A DNA stretch of 64,000 bases from Somniosus microcephalus. Lineage: Eukaryota. The notes beneath the pieces were generated by a model. It was not told the origin of the DNA. It did no database searches and saw only the letters and a list, made by a program, of their open reading frames with translations. The stretch lies in contig CM126203.1 of NCBI GenBank assembly GCA_052327205.1, forward strand, positions 226,858,001 through 226,922,000. Reading direction: 5' to 3'. Shown here piece after piece: positions 22,647 to 34,874 of the stretch (the stretch's first letter is position 1; every line of letters begins with the position of its first letter). A program made the translations under genes and the position numbers.

Positions 22647-23079
22647 TGTAGTGGCGCTTCTTAGTTTCCAAACAGGCAGCCACTGAGCTGTGGGGCTGTT
22701 AACAACGAGTAGACGCGTGTTGAAATAAAACGTTCCCAAACGTAGCTTTGTCTTTTAAACTGTTTACTATAACACTTCACAAACGGAATTACAAAGCAAA
22801 CACGTATAAACGAACACGGTCAAAAACTGTATTGCTCCAAACCTCACAACTTCTGCCTCCTTCAGCCACGTGGAGTTTAAACTGTAAAATGGCTGCATAC
22901 CATGTGTGGCTTAGGGACTGTACCATTGTGGCAAGAATGAAGGGGGTGTCTCGGACTATACTACTGGAGCAAGAAAATAGGGGGTTTCTTAATACAATAA
23001 GTCAATCAGGTAAATTAACTGTATTATGCTATTTAACCAATATTTTAAAGTATTTTCTTAAGCTTTTATGGCTCTTACA
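22647..23079 (-). repeat. 5' LTR of BEL element
   Basis: Apparently identical to 15762-16194. Confidence 0.96.
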
Positions 23080-23571
23080 CATGCAGTCACCAACCAGGCC
23101 CCAGCCATGATGTTCTTTAACCGAAGGTTAAGATCTCGCCTGGATTTGCTCAGACCAAATGTACGAAGAGATGTTGAGAGTAAGCAATTCCAGCACATCC
23201 ATGAGAAGCCAACAAGGAGCTTCAATGTAGGGCAACCAGTCTTGGCCCGCGACTACCGAACAGAAAAATGGCAGCCAGGAACGATATGCACACAGCAGGA
23301 CCCACTAATGTACACAGTGGACGTTGGGGAGAGCATCGTGAGACGCCATGCTGATCAGATCCTAGAGTCACAGGAACAAGTCAACCCCATGCCTCGCCCA
23401 TACGTACCTGGTGATGAACCCGACATACAGGTAGCATCTACCCCAGAAACAGTGGCATCGGAAGCTGATGAACCAACCGACGACAGGGGGCCAGAATCGC
23501 CTCCGCACCAAGAGCAAGACACTCGGGGAGGCGCTATCCAGAAAGGATCAGGAAGCCTCCCCAAAGACTGA
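23080..23571 (+). pseudogene. Gypsy-2 integrase C-terminus, resuming after the BEL insertion
   Basis: HAVTNQAPAMMFFNRRLRSRLDLLRP..GQPVLARDYR..W..G..RRHADQI continues from NATH at 15750-15761. Confidence 0.9.
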
Positions 23572-23688
23572 ATTTATAAATAGACTATTTGCAGCTAATG
23601 TTGCATGTTAAAAGTGTTAATTGTAATTAGTTTGATATTTAATTGTTAAATGAGTGTTATGGTACTGTTAATCTAAAAGGGGAGGAAT

Positions 23689-23901
23689 TGTAATGGATGT
23701 ACCGTTAAGGGGAGAACTACTTTTTACAGCTCCTGTATACTGTAGTACCGGCAGTGACCACACCTGTAGATAAACCCTGAGTAGTGATCTGTACAATTAG
23801 TTCTAGAGTAACCCTCATTCAGTAAACACCTGTTGAATCGTTCCCTGCAGCCTGTTGTCTGATTATTGAAGGACACAACATTAAGATACACGGACATAAC
23901 A
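23689..23901 (+). repeat. 3' LTR of Gypsy-2
   Basis: Direct repeat of 11465-11677. Confidence 0.95.
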
Positions 23902-25529
23902 AAGCTCATTTTACCTGAAATGGGAAGAGGGAAGATGAGACAGGGGCCTTAGGGGCACGGCAGCCCAATATTAAAATATTTACTATTATCCTGAGTCCGT
24001 TATATTTTTATTTCAAAAATAATAGAAATTATATTTAGTTTTGATATTTTTCAAACTATTATTTTTAAGTCAGAAATATGCTGCTGTTTGTAATAATCAG
24101 TATGTAGCTGAATAGAAAACCGCTCTTATATCCTTCCTGCTTTCTGTGCACGTCTTACAGAATTTTTGTGGCTCAGCTCTAGTCATCACGTTTTCTGTGT
24201 GCGATTTCTGGTCCTTCCCCACAAAGTGCTGCCTGAATTGATTGAGTTGGTCTCATTGGAACTTTGGTTTCACCGTGACATGTGTGTCTGTAATGAAAGT
24301 ATTTGGGGGAAGAAGTTGAAGGCTTTTTCTGATGAATTATCAAGCTGGATGAGCCAGGAACTGAAATGTTTGGTGCCTGATTAATACAAAAAAAAAGGAT
24401 TACTGCTGAAAAGACGTTATCCTGTGCTGCACAGTTCCACGGTTATGGACACAAGCAGCTGGTAAGTCTGTGTCCCTTTGTTAATTCTGCTTTGGAATTA
24501 GTAACTAAAGTATGAAAGAACAATCCTTTCTATCCTGTAAGAAATCAGCAATCATTTGATTTGATCTCGGCTGGTCATGGTTTAAGAATTCGAGCCTAGC
24601 TTGTATCTCATTTAAAGGAAAAAATCTTTTGTCTCTTTTGGTTAAAATACACAAAAATAAAATAAACTACGTTGGAATTACTCTCAAGTCACGTATACCT
24701 GGTACAGCCATAATTAAAATAATATTTAGGTCTGTTGTTCTTCTCTCTTGCCTCCCCCCAAATAATAACGCTTGTCAATCACTTTTTCATAAGGAGACGG
24801 TATTCACTCAGCATCGTGCTGACTCTTTCAAATCCTGTACCAGAAGCAAAGGGCATAACTTGATTGTGATTGTCATACGGTTTTTGGTTGCTTAAGATAT
24901 CTCTGTGGAGCTTTTGGCTATGTATTTACTGCAAAGACTTAAGTGAGCGGAAATAGGAACCAGTATGAAGTTTTGGGGGAGGGGGAGGAGCTCAGTTTCG
25001 CAACACTGAGCATATGCTGTTCTTTTTGGGGTTTTCCAGCAACATTTCCCAAAAGCCTTTTAAGTTATCAATCCAGAAACTAGTGCACTGTATCTGTGGG
25101 TTGGAAATTTCCACTAATTATTTAAATGTACAGCAGTTTAAATCCTGATGACTATTCAGACACTGAATGGATTGCTGTCTTTTCCACAGTGAGCACACAT
25201 TTTTTAAAATTTCCAATGTTCTCTCCAGAAGGCAGTGCCACGCTAAGTTATGGTTCAAGGGGTGGCAGGAACCCTCTGGTACCTTGCCGATTTATTAGTC
25301 TTGATGCGTAATCCTAGACATGAATGTCAGTGGGCTTTTCGACTGTGGGAGGGGTGACATCACAGCCAAACCTGATCCTGAAGTATCAACACATTGTCAA
25401 AAGTAATGAGTAGTAGGACCCAAGAACGGCGAGGCTAGATTGCCACCATCCTGCCTGAATTAACGAACTTAGCACTGATCAGGAATTTGTGTAACTCAGT
25501 ACAGTGCCACACTGTGTACTTCAAGAAAG

Positions 25530-25800
25530 AAAAACTTGCATTTATGTGGTGCCTTTCATGACCTCCGGACATCCCAAAGTGCTTCGCAGCCAGTTAAGTA
25601 CTTTTGAAGTGTAGCCACTGTTGTAATGTAGGAAACGAGATAGCCAATTGGCACACAGCAAGATCCCATAAGCAGCAATGAGATAAATGACCAGATAATC
25701 TGTTTTTAGTGCTGTTGGTTGAGGGATAAATGTTGACCAGAACACCAGGGATAATTCCCCTGCTCTTCTTCGAATAGTGCCACCTGAGAGAACAGACGGG
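25530..25800 (-). mobile_element. DeuSINE-like (SacSINE1/AmnSINE1-type) SINE fragment with L2-type tail
   Basis: Recognised from memory as Deu-domain-like sequence ending in ..ATAAATGCAAGT on the minus strand. Confidence 0.7.
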
Positions 25801-26269
25801 ATATTCGGATGACTTACTGCACATTATGGGGTGGGATGGGCAAGCTCTCTACACATGGTGGACTTATCATGGGTGGACTTATCATGGGGGATGGTCACTA
25901 ACTAACTATATACTTTTCTTCTTTCTCCTCCATGGCCAGTGGCCCATCCCAAGCTTCACTCTGTATCCGACTAGCCTATCCCTGGCTAGGGAGTGCTTGA
26001 TGGCGACACTTGTTGGTGTCCAAAGGGGTCAAGGGGGAACATTTTGCTTTCTCCTTGCTTGTCAACTACTTGCAAATTCCCTTGAGAAAGTGCAAGACAT
26101 GCTGTGATTTTCAATGTTTGTGTTTTTCATCTATATAATTACAGTGGCTTTTTGTTGCTGTTTTTCTTGTGTACGGTGGATCTGAGGGGGGAAAAAAAAA
26201 TTGCTCTTTGAGCCTCCCGATGTTTCGGTGGGTAAAATTGTCACTGAAGCGAACAGACCAAGGGTTGGG

Positions 26270-26850
26270 TCGACTCGTATCTCACCCTCACTGTAGCCAA
26301 AACCCTAAACCACGCTTCTTCCATCTGTAGACTCAGATTAGCCAATGTCCTCCTTGCCATCCTCCCACCCTTCACAAACTCTGACTTGTTCAGAGCTCAG
26401 ATGCCTGTATACTGTCTTGCATTAAGTTCCACTCATTCATCTCCCCATCCTCGCCCATTTACACTGGCTCCCTGTTCCCCATTACACTGAATTTAAAATC
26501 TTTATCTTTGATTCCCAGCGCGGCCTTGCCCCACACCACCATTGCATTCTTCTGCAGCCTTAGGTTACCTGTCACAGACATCGGTCCTGAAACTCTGACC
26601 TTCCGTGAACCCTCCCCTTCCTTCGCCCCACCTTTAGCGGCAGAGCTGTCAGCTGCTTCGGCCCACTCTGGAGTGCTCTGGCTAAACCTATCTGCCTCTC
26701 TTCATCTTTAAAAGACTTCTTAAAATGCATTTTTCTGTCCAAACTCTCGGGTCACCTCTCCTAACTCTTCCACCATGGCTCAGTGTTCTTTTTGATGTGC
26801 CCCTCTATAAAGTGCCTTGGGATGTTTTCTACAATAAAGGCAATATTTGC
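26270..26850 (+). mobile_element. Old, degenerate L2 LINE 3' fragment
   Basis: Similar to the L2 copies at 31.4-32.4 kb and 60.0-60.4 kb. Confidence 0.6.
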
Positions 26851-27796
26851 CAGCTGCTTTTGTTTGATCCTGTGCCTGTGCTGAGTTAGCTGACCTCAGT
26901 CATTCTCTGCACCCCCAGGCTAGGGAGGGGAAAATAAAGCCATTGATCTTGTTCCTCTTATCTATGGATAGGCCCTGCTGGATAGTGCATGGAGGTGGCT
27001 ACAGGGTGGGGGGCCAGGTGTACATTCGGCTGCAATGGTCCCAAGGGTCAGATAGGCTGTCAACATTGGCTGTCTAGGCTCACATTTGAAGAAAGGCCAC
27101 ATGGGCGAGTTGCCAGAGGCTACTGGCACCTTAGACCCATATCCCATGAAGAAATGCCACTGTTCGGAGAGAAGGGTCAAATTGGAAAAAAAATTCAAGG
27201 CGAGACCATATGCGTTTTGAAATAGTTGATACCCCTCCCCCAAATCCTTGATACCTTAGGGACAGCTAACCATCATGTGTGCAGATGGGTGAGTGTAGTA
27301 TTTTACTGCTGAACTCCAGTGCCAGCAATGTTTTGGACATTATCGTTGCTTCAAGCACCTCTGCTTTCTATGAGATCAGGAAATTGAGCTTTGCGGGTAA
27401 ATCATTTCTTTGAGGCGCTCAGTTTAATTTGTTTCAATGTAGTGAGATTTTACCGAACTTGGCTGTATGCTTCCGAGAGACAGAAGTTGTACTATCATTT
27501 GTGCAGACAGCAGGAAACTAAAGCTCTTGCAAGATACTTCCTTCTCCACCCTCCCCCAACTTTTTCTAGGGAAACTTTCACTTTAGTAACTCTTGAGATT
27601 ATAAATCGGACACTGCCCTAAGCCCCTCTCACTGCGTAGTGATGTCACTCCCTTCTTGTATATGTTTATAAACAGAATCATTATGCAACAGTGGTAAATG
27701 TTATATATTTTGTATGTGGATTGGGATTGCAATACCGCAATACTTTTGCACATCTCCACAAAGAAACGTTGGTTGGGTTTGTACTTCATTCAGGAG

Positions 27797-29290
27797 GGAG
27801 CCTGGGCGGCAGGGTCCTAACTGTGGGATGGGGCCCAGGCGGCAGGGCCCTAACTGTGGGATGGGGCCTTGGCGGCAGGGCCCTAACTGTGGGATGGGGC
27901 CTTGGCGGCAGGGCCCTAACTGTGGGATGGGGCCCAGGCGGCAGGGCCCTAACTGTGGGATGGGGCCTTGGCGGCAGGGTCCTAACTGTGGGATGGGGCC
28001 TTGGCGGCAGGGCCCTAACTGTGGGATGGAGCCTTGGCGGCAGGGCACTAACTGTGGGATGGGGCCTTGGCGGCAGGGTCCTAACTGTGGGATGGGGCCC
28101 AGGCGGCAGGGTCCTAACTGTGGGATGGGGCCCAGGCGGCAGGGCCCTAACTGTGGGATGGGGCCCAGGCGGCAGGGCCCTAACTGTGGGATGGGGCCTT
28201 GGCGGCAGGGTCCTAACTGTGGGATGGGGCCTGGGCGGCAGGGTCCTAACTGTGGGATGGGGCCCAGGCGGCAGGGTCCTAACTGTGGGATGGAGCCTGG
28301 GCGGCAGGGTCCTAACTGTGGGATGGGGCCCAGGCGGCAGGGTCCTAACTGTGGGATGGGGCCCAGGCGGCAGGGCCCTAACTGTGGGATGGAGCCTGGG
28401 CGGCAGGGTCCTAACTGTGGGATGGGGCCCAGGCGGCAGGGTCCTAACTGTGGGATGGGGCCCAGGCGGCAGGGTCCTAACTGTGGGATGGGGCCCAGGC
28501 GGCAGGGCCCTAACTGTGGGATGGGGCCCAGACGGCAGGGTCCTAACTGTGGGATGGGGCCCAGGCGGCAGGGCCCTAACTGTGGGATGGGGCCCAGGCG
28601 GCAGGGCCCTAACTGTGGGATGGGGCCCAGGCGGCAGGGTCCTAACTGTGGGATGGGGCCTAGGCGGCAGGGCCCTAACTGTGGGATGGAGCCTAGGCGG
28701 CAGGGCCCTAACTGTGGGATGGGGCCCAGGCGGCAGGGTCCTAACTGTGGGATGGGGCCCAGGCGGCAGGGCCCTAACTGTGGGATGGGGCCCAGGCGGC
28801 AGGGTCCTAACTGTGGGATGGGGCCCAGGCGGCAGGGTCCTAACTGTGGGATGGGGCCCAGGCGGCAGGGTCCTAACTGTGGGATGGGGCCCAGGCGGCA
28901 GGGTCCTAACTATGGGATGGGGCCTGGGCGGCAGGGTCCTAACTGTGGGATGGGGCCCAGGCGGCAGGGTCCTAACTGTGGGATGGGGCCCAGGCGGCAG
29001 GGTCCTAACTGTGGGATGGGGCCCAGGCGGCAGGGCCCTAACTGTGGGATGGGGCCTGGGCGGCAGGGTCCTAACTGTGGGATGGGGCCCAGGCGGCAGG
29101 GTCCTAACTGTGGGATGGGGCCCAGGCGGCAGGGTCCTAACTATGGGATGGAGCCTAGGCGGCAGGGCCCTAACTGTGGGATGAGGCCTAAGTGGCAAGG
29201 CCCTAACTGTGGGATGGGGTCTTGGCGGCAGGGCCCTAACTGTGAGATGGGGCCTAGGCGACGGGTTGCTACCTTTGGAATAGGACCTAA
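27797..29290 (+). repeat. G-rich minisatellite, 30-bp unit GGCGGCAGGG(T/C)CCTAACTGTGGGATGG(G/A)GCC(C/T)N, ~49 copies
   Basis: Directly visible; homogeneous core with degenerate right end. Confidence 0.98.
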
Positions 29291-29344
29291 TTGGCATACC
29301 TGAATTTCCTCTGTCGTTCTGCAGGACCTGTTGAAGCTCCTGGC

Positions 29345-29625
29345 CACTCCCATAATATCCTGGTGGGTAAAGACATAGTCAGGTGTAACACGAAGCCATA
29401 CAGTCCAGAAAGTCCCAGATTTGATTACCTGTCTTGCCTGAGTTAGCTGATCTCAGCTGGGACAGCATTTGGGGTGCTACAATTGGCTTAAGTGTCCCTG
29501 AGCCACAGAGGAGAAAAATCAGGCATGGTTCCTGGCGCTGCAAAGTGGGTTGTGTGACTACTGACTGAGCTGTGATGCACTCCTTAGTTGAACAGCCTCC
29601 CGAGACTCACTGTCTAGGCTTGTGC
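29345..29625 (+). mobile_element. Old SINE-like repeat; related fragments at ~25230-25500, 26865-27140, 35800-36130, 39560-40125 and 46275-46390
   Basis: Shared motif GAGTTAGCTGA(T/C)CTCAG or its reverse complement, plus a tRNA-like head; boundaries approximate. Confidence 0.5.
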
Positions 29626-29712
29626 ATAAAGAAAAAAGACTTGCAACATGATGACTATCTTCCATGAGTCGGTGCTTTCTAAAGAGAAGGGGAATCTATT
29701 GACTATTATATA

Positions 29713-29905
29713 ACGCCATTCCTTCATTGTCGCTGGGTCAAAATCCTGGAACTCCCTCCTTAACAGCACTGTGGGAGTACCCTCACCACACGGACTGCAG
29801 CGGTTCAAGAAGGCAGCTCACCACCACCTTCTTGAAGGCAATTAGGGATGGGCAATAAATGCTGGCATTGCCAGCGACGCCCACATCCTGTGAATGAATT
29901 TTAAA
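29713..29905 (+). mobile_element. LINE-A 3' end fragment
   Basis: Reverse complement of 1740-1930. Confidence 0.85.
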
Positions 29906-30614
29906 AAATCTGTGGCATTTGTCCTCCTTATGCTGAGGCCTAAGGCCATTTAAAATGGGTAACAATTCAACAACAACTTCACAGGAGCAAAAATTGACAT
30001 CGAGCCACTTGAGGAGCTATTAGGGCAGATGACCAAAAGCTTTTCTTAAATTTAATTTTAATTGGAACATGCCGAACCTTTTTTATTTTATAGTATTGGG
30101 TTAGTTTGCCTAAACTGACAGAGAAGAACAATAGGAACATTAGTAGGCCATTCAACTCTTTGAGCCCGTTCCACCATTCAATCAGATTTGTACCTCAAAT
30201 CCATTTACCTGCCATTGATCCAAATCCCTTGAAACGCTTACCTAACAAAAACAAAGAAATGAAATTGTGTGTTACATTTAGCGAGTATCTCTACTCAGAA
30301 TTTGATTTTGTGTGACCAGGTTCACGCTGAAATGTCAAGTTATCTCCGAGAAACCTCTGCTGTGCTCTGAGTACACGTGAAAAGTACAATTTCCATTCAC
30401 ACTTTTGGAGCGAATGTCGGGGTCAGATGAAGTGCTGGGTTGTAAAATGGAATTGGTATTCTATCATTGGGAGATGTAATGATGATTATAATTAAGTCCC
30501 TTTTTTTAATTCACAGGTACATGTTGAGTCAATTTGTAATTTATGCTGTAAACTTGTGAAGATCATAAGGTGTAAAAGCTCATTATAACATTTTACGTCA
30601 GACATAAACACTAA

Positions 30615-30984
30615 TTTTTTTTATTCACTCATGGGATGTAGGCGTCGCTGGCAAGGCCAGCATTTATTGACGATCCCTAATTGCCCTTGAGAAGGTGGTG
30701 GTGAATCGCTGCCTTGAACCGCTGCAGTCTGTCTGGTGAAGCTACTCCCACAGTGCTGTTAGGGAGGGAGTTCCAGGATTTTGACCCAGCGACGATGGAG
30801 GAATGGCGATATATTTCCAAGTCAGGATGGTGTGTGACTTGGAGGGGAACTTGGAGGTGGTGATGTTCCCATGCGCCTGCTGCCCTTGTCCTTCTAGGTG
30901 GTAGAGGCCGCGGGTTTGGGAGGTGCTGCCAAAGAAGCCTTGGTGAGTTGCTGCAGTGCATCTTGTAGATGGTACACACTGCAA
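30615..30984 (-). mobile_element. LINE-A 3' end fragment
   Basis: Direct similarity to 1735-2100. Confidence 0.88.
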
Positions 30985-31229
30985 CTTAATTGAGGAATAA
31001 AAGCCTTGTTAGTCTAATAGCTAAAGTAAACTCATCACAGTTCATGGTGATGCTATCTAACTCGGGCAGAGAAACAAGTTGCCATTAACTGAGATGAATT
31101 TGCCATTATTCTGCAATTGCACTAATGGACTCCTACATAATTGTCCAGTCCGCACCTGGTAACCGTATTCCTGTCAGGTGGGTCTCTCGCCCCTTCTCCC
31201 TGATCTGAGCTCTTCTTCTACAACATCTG

Positions 31230-31231
<2 letters not shown>

Positions 31232-31266
<35 letters not shown>
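31232..31266 (+). repeat. (CT)n microsatellite
   Basis: Directly visible. Confidence 0.97.
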
Positions 31267-31267
<1 letters not shown>

Positions 31268-31384
31268 AGCAAATTCTCAAAGTGAGCTCTCTCCTCCATG
31301 TTGAGTTTGGGGCAAGAAGGCTAAAATGCACAGAAATTTAAACTGGAATTATGATTGTACATTTTGCCTTGCATGTCTCATCTA

Positions 31385-32396
31385 CATGTTGCCCCTTGGC
31401 GACATCATCTGAAAACACAGCATCAGTTTCCACATCTGTGCTGACGACACCCAGCTCTACCTCATTACCTCTTCTCTTGACCCCTCCACGGTGTTTAAAT
31501 TGTCAGACTGTTTGTCCGACATACAGTTCTGGATGAGCAAACATTTTTACTAATTAAATATTGGGAAGACCGAAGCCATTGTTTTTGGTCCCCGCCACAA
31601 ACTCTGTTTCCTAGCCACTGACTCCAGCCCTCTCCCTAACATCTGTCTGAGGCTGAACCACACTGTTCGCAACCTTGGTGTCATATTTGACCCTGAAATG
31701 AGCTTCTGACCACATATCCGCAGCATAACAAAGACCTCCTTCTTCCACCTCCTGTAACATTGCCCGTCTCAGCCCTTGCCTCAGCTCATCTGCTGCTGAA
31801 ACCCTCATCCAGGCCTTTGTTACCTCTAGACTTGACTGTTCCAACGCACTCCTGGCTGGCCGCCCACATTCTACCTACGTAAACTTGAGGTCATCCAAAA
31901 CTCAGCTGCCCATGTCCTAACTCGCACCAAGTCCCGTTCGCCCATCACCCCTGTGCTCGCTGATCTACATTAGCTCCCGGTTAAGCAGCGCCTCGATTTC
32001 AAAATTCTCATCCTTGTTTTCAAATCCCTCCATGGCCTTGCCCTTTACTATCTCTGTAATCTCCTTCAGCCCTACAACCCCTCGAGATATCTGCGCTCCT
32101 CTAATTCTGCCCTCTTGAGCATCCCTGATTATAATTGCTCAACCTTTGGTGGCCGTGCTTTCTGTTGCATAGGCCCCAAGCTCTGGAATTCCCTGCCTAA
32201 ACCTGTCCACCTCACTACCTCTCTTTCCTCCTTTAAGACGCTCCTTAAAACCTACCTCTTTAACCAAGCTTTTGGTCACCTGCCCTAATTTATCCTTATG
32301 TGGATCGGTGTCAAAAATTTTTGTCTTAAAATACTCCTGTGAAGCGCCATGGGACATTTTGCTACGTTAAAGGCACTACATAAATACAAGTTGTTG
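31385..32396 (+). mobile_element. L2 LINE 3' fragment (RT C-terminus and tail)
   Basis: Decayed ADDTQLY..LNIGKTE..NLGV..LDCSN-like RT region; tail ATAAATACAAGTTGTTG. Confidence 0.85.
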
Positions 32397-34519
32397 CATT
32401 GCAAAGTGCGCATGCAGGGCATACTTACTGACAGACATACATATGTGAAGACATGTTTGCCAGTGCAAAAGTTATTTTAATGGTTCAGGCTTCCTCAAAA
32501 TGCTTTTAACTCGTGTACGCAGTAAAAAGGCAGCTTCCATAAGCAGAATGAAGCTCCTATGAACTGAAATCTGCACCCATACATACCTTTCCTGAGATAA
32601 CGTGTCCATGATTGACTCTATTCTGAAATTGGCTATTGGAGATCACATAGGGTGTCCCCTCCCCCACACGCTCTCCTTGCAAAAGGTAGAAAACACTACA
32701 TTGTCGAACAAAAGCGTGTTGGCTAAAACTAATACAAATGTATTTGAAAATAGAATAATAGAGAAGCAGTGAGACAGAAATTACTGAAAGCGTGACACTT
32801 TTTAAAAAAAAAATTAAAATATGCTTTACTGCCAGTAATACACTCCAGCCTATCATTGTGTAAACCTAAGGTGGCATTACTGTATTGAAACACGTCATTT
32901 CCTGTATGATAACGTCTACAGATGGATTATGCAACTTTTTTCATTTTTGGCAGGCACTGTTTTCCTTGGTGTCCAGTTGGCCAGTTTTATCTTATTGTGA
33001 GGAGCTGATGCGTTTGTCTGAACTGTCCTTCGTTTGCTTCAGCTATCAAACTACTTGCACTGATTGTGAAATCTTGTTTTGTATTATAACTTCATATATC
33101 TGTGAATCATAAATATCTGTGAACACCTAAAATTTCTTCCCCCAGCCACCCCGTCTAGTCTTACAGGGGATTTGTGGCTCTTTTAAAATTTATTGATTTT
33201 CCAATATTAGTTCTGGGAGTTCCTCCAGTGACTCATGGAAACATGTATTCCTTGCACTGTAATATTATAGGATTGGCTGAGTTTTCTCTAAGTTTATAGG
33301 ACTTTACAAAACAGCCTGGAAAAAAGATGTTTGTAGAGTAAGTATTCACATTGTGACTGTTCAATGATCTTATGATAAGCATAAGACTCAGGAGGGGAAC
33401 ACAAGTACTGCCATATTCCAGTGCAGACCTGGTCAGAGCAGAATCGATCAAAAATGTTACTTTGAACCAACCTTGCATATTGTTTGTTACAAGCCAGAAA
33501 CCAGTTCATTTTTTTAAAGAAAAGCTTACCTCAGGAATCAGGAAGGAGAGGTTGTTTCTGTTTGAATATGTGGCTTTCATTCAATCTGGTAGTGCAGATA
33601 GGGACAGCTTTTTTTCCGAGTTTAGGGAAACTTCTCTTTGGACATGTACTTGTAGGATAAGAGTCTAGTGTTTTTCGAGACAGTAAGCCACCGTGGTTTA
33701 AGATTTATGTAAAAAAAACACAAGTGAAACTTATGTGGTTTATCACTGTCAATGCCGGCTTCTGTGTTTTTTTTTCAACTGCTGCTTCTCTTCCCCCTGG
33801 GGTACAGTCTGTACTTGCCAGCTGCCCTCCAAGTGGCCAATTTTAATGTGTAGTCAGAGTGTATGCTAGATGTTTAAAATAACATTTAGTGGATTCATTT
33901 TTTTTAAAGTATCTGCTACAAGTATGAACTTTCACAAAGGTGTTGAACATGTCCAAAAAATTACCACTGAGATGACCAGTAATATTATAAGTTAAGTCTG
34001 TATTTTGATATTATTGTGCGCAGAGGTCCAGTTGTCTGACAGGAATCCTTTTCTTCTTACCTGCATTTCATGCAAATATCTCAACAAAATTAATGAGTGA
34101 AGGTGCTGACAGCCTTGGGTCGTGCAAAATATTCTATGTGCTAAATTTTCTAATCTGGTCAATACATTGTGAGGCAATTAGATTTTGACTTCAGTGCAAT
34201 ATTCTGTTGTTTAGCCTACCCTGTGACTATAGTTGTTACAGCTCAGAATCCCAAGAGCCTATTTGCACCGTCTCACCATTTGACTCACGTGGACAATGAA
34301 AGGCATCTTGGATGTGAACGCCAGGCTGAAGAGGTTTTTGGCTGGAGGGATTATATTTGATGTGCCTTTTTTCGTGTCCACTAACTGCCAATTGTACCTA
34401 TTTAAAAAAAAAAAAAAAAAAATGTTCCCCTGATGGCTCAGTAAAGCCATTCTATGATTAATTTACACAGACCAGAAGGCCCCCCGCGGGGGTCAAAGTT
34501 GATTACAGCTGGAGTGGCA

Positions 34520-34870
34520 GTACAACAAAAACTTGCATAGCCCTTTTTTATGTAAAAATAAATCCCAAAGCACTTTGTAGCAGATTAGAGGACACGGAAC
34601 AGGAAATAGGGAAGGTTATAGAGGATGAGCAAAGATGCAGTCAAAGACGTCAGTTTTGAGGAGTTTTGTGAAGATGTGGAGAGAGGTAATGAGGCAAAGG
34701 GATATAGAAAAGGATGCCTAAAGATTCCGCCATTGACGATGGAGCAGAGGGAGGGTGGAGTCGGAGATGTGGAGAGTGTGGGCTGGGAAATAGGGCTGAA
34801 GAACAAGTAAATGAAGTGAGGCCACAGAAAGATTTGAAAATGAGGGCAGGGATGTGTTGGGGAAAAGGGG
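34520..34870 (-). mobile_element. Degenerate L2 3' fragment
   Basis: Tail ACAACAAAAACTTGCAT; resembles 56.6-56.9 kb. Confidence 0.5.
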
Positions 34871-34874
34871 AGTC

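Larger units (their letters stand above)
15762..23079 (-). mobile_element. Full-length, very young BEL/Pao LTR retrotransposon nested in the Gypsy-2 integrase
   Basis: 433-bp TG..CA LTRs at 15762-16194 and 22647-23079 with no mismatch seen; perfect 5-bp TSD CATGC (15757-15761, 23080-23084); PPT AGGGGCCGGAA at 16195-16205. Confidence 0.97.
11465..23901 (+). mobile_element. Ty3/Gypsy LTR retrotransposon ('Gypsy-2', Mag-like), decayed and interrupted by the BEL element
   Basis: 213-bp TG..CA LTRs at 11465-11677 and 23689-23901 (about 8 mismatches); TSD TAGCT/AAGCT (4/5); tRNA-type PBS TGGCGACGA at 11679; PPT AAAAGGGGAGGAA at 23675-23687. Confidence 0.95.

Noticed and set aside
27797-29290. Possible CRISPR array (also 41462-41644)
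   Set aside because: Head-to-tail repeats with no unique spacers, no cas genes, eukaryotic context
27691-29303. ~500-aa ORFs with decapeptide repeats (GPRRQGPNCG, GGRVLTVGWG, PHPTVRTLPP)
   Set aside because: By-product of a 30-bp tandem repeat with no stops in three frames; no non-repetitive domain or other support for coding
29303-29372. Acceptor-like TTCCTCTGTCGTTCTGCAG followed by a GT donor (micro-exon?)
   Set aside because: The downstream part belongs to a SINE-like head also seen at ~26212; no other support
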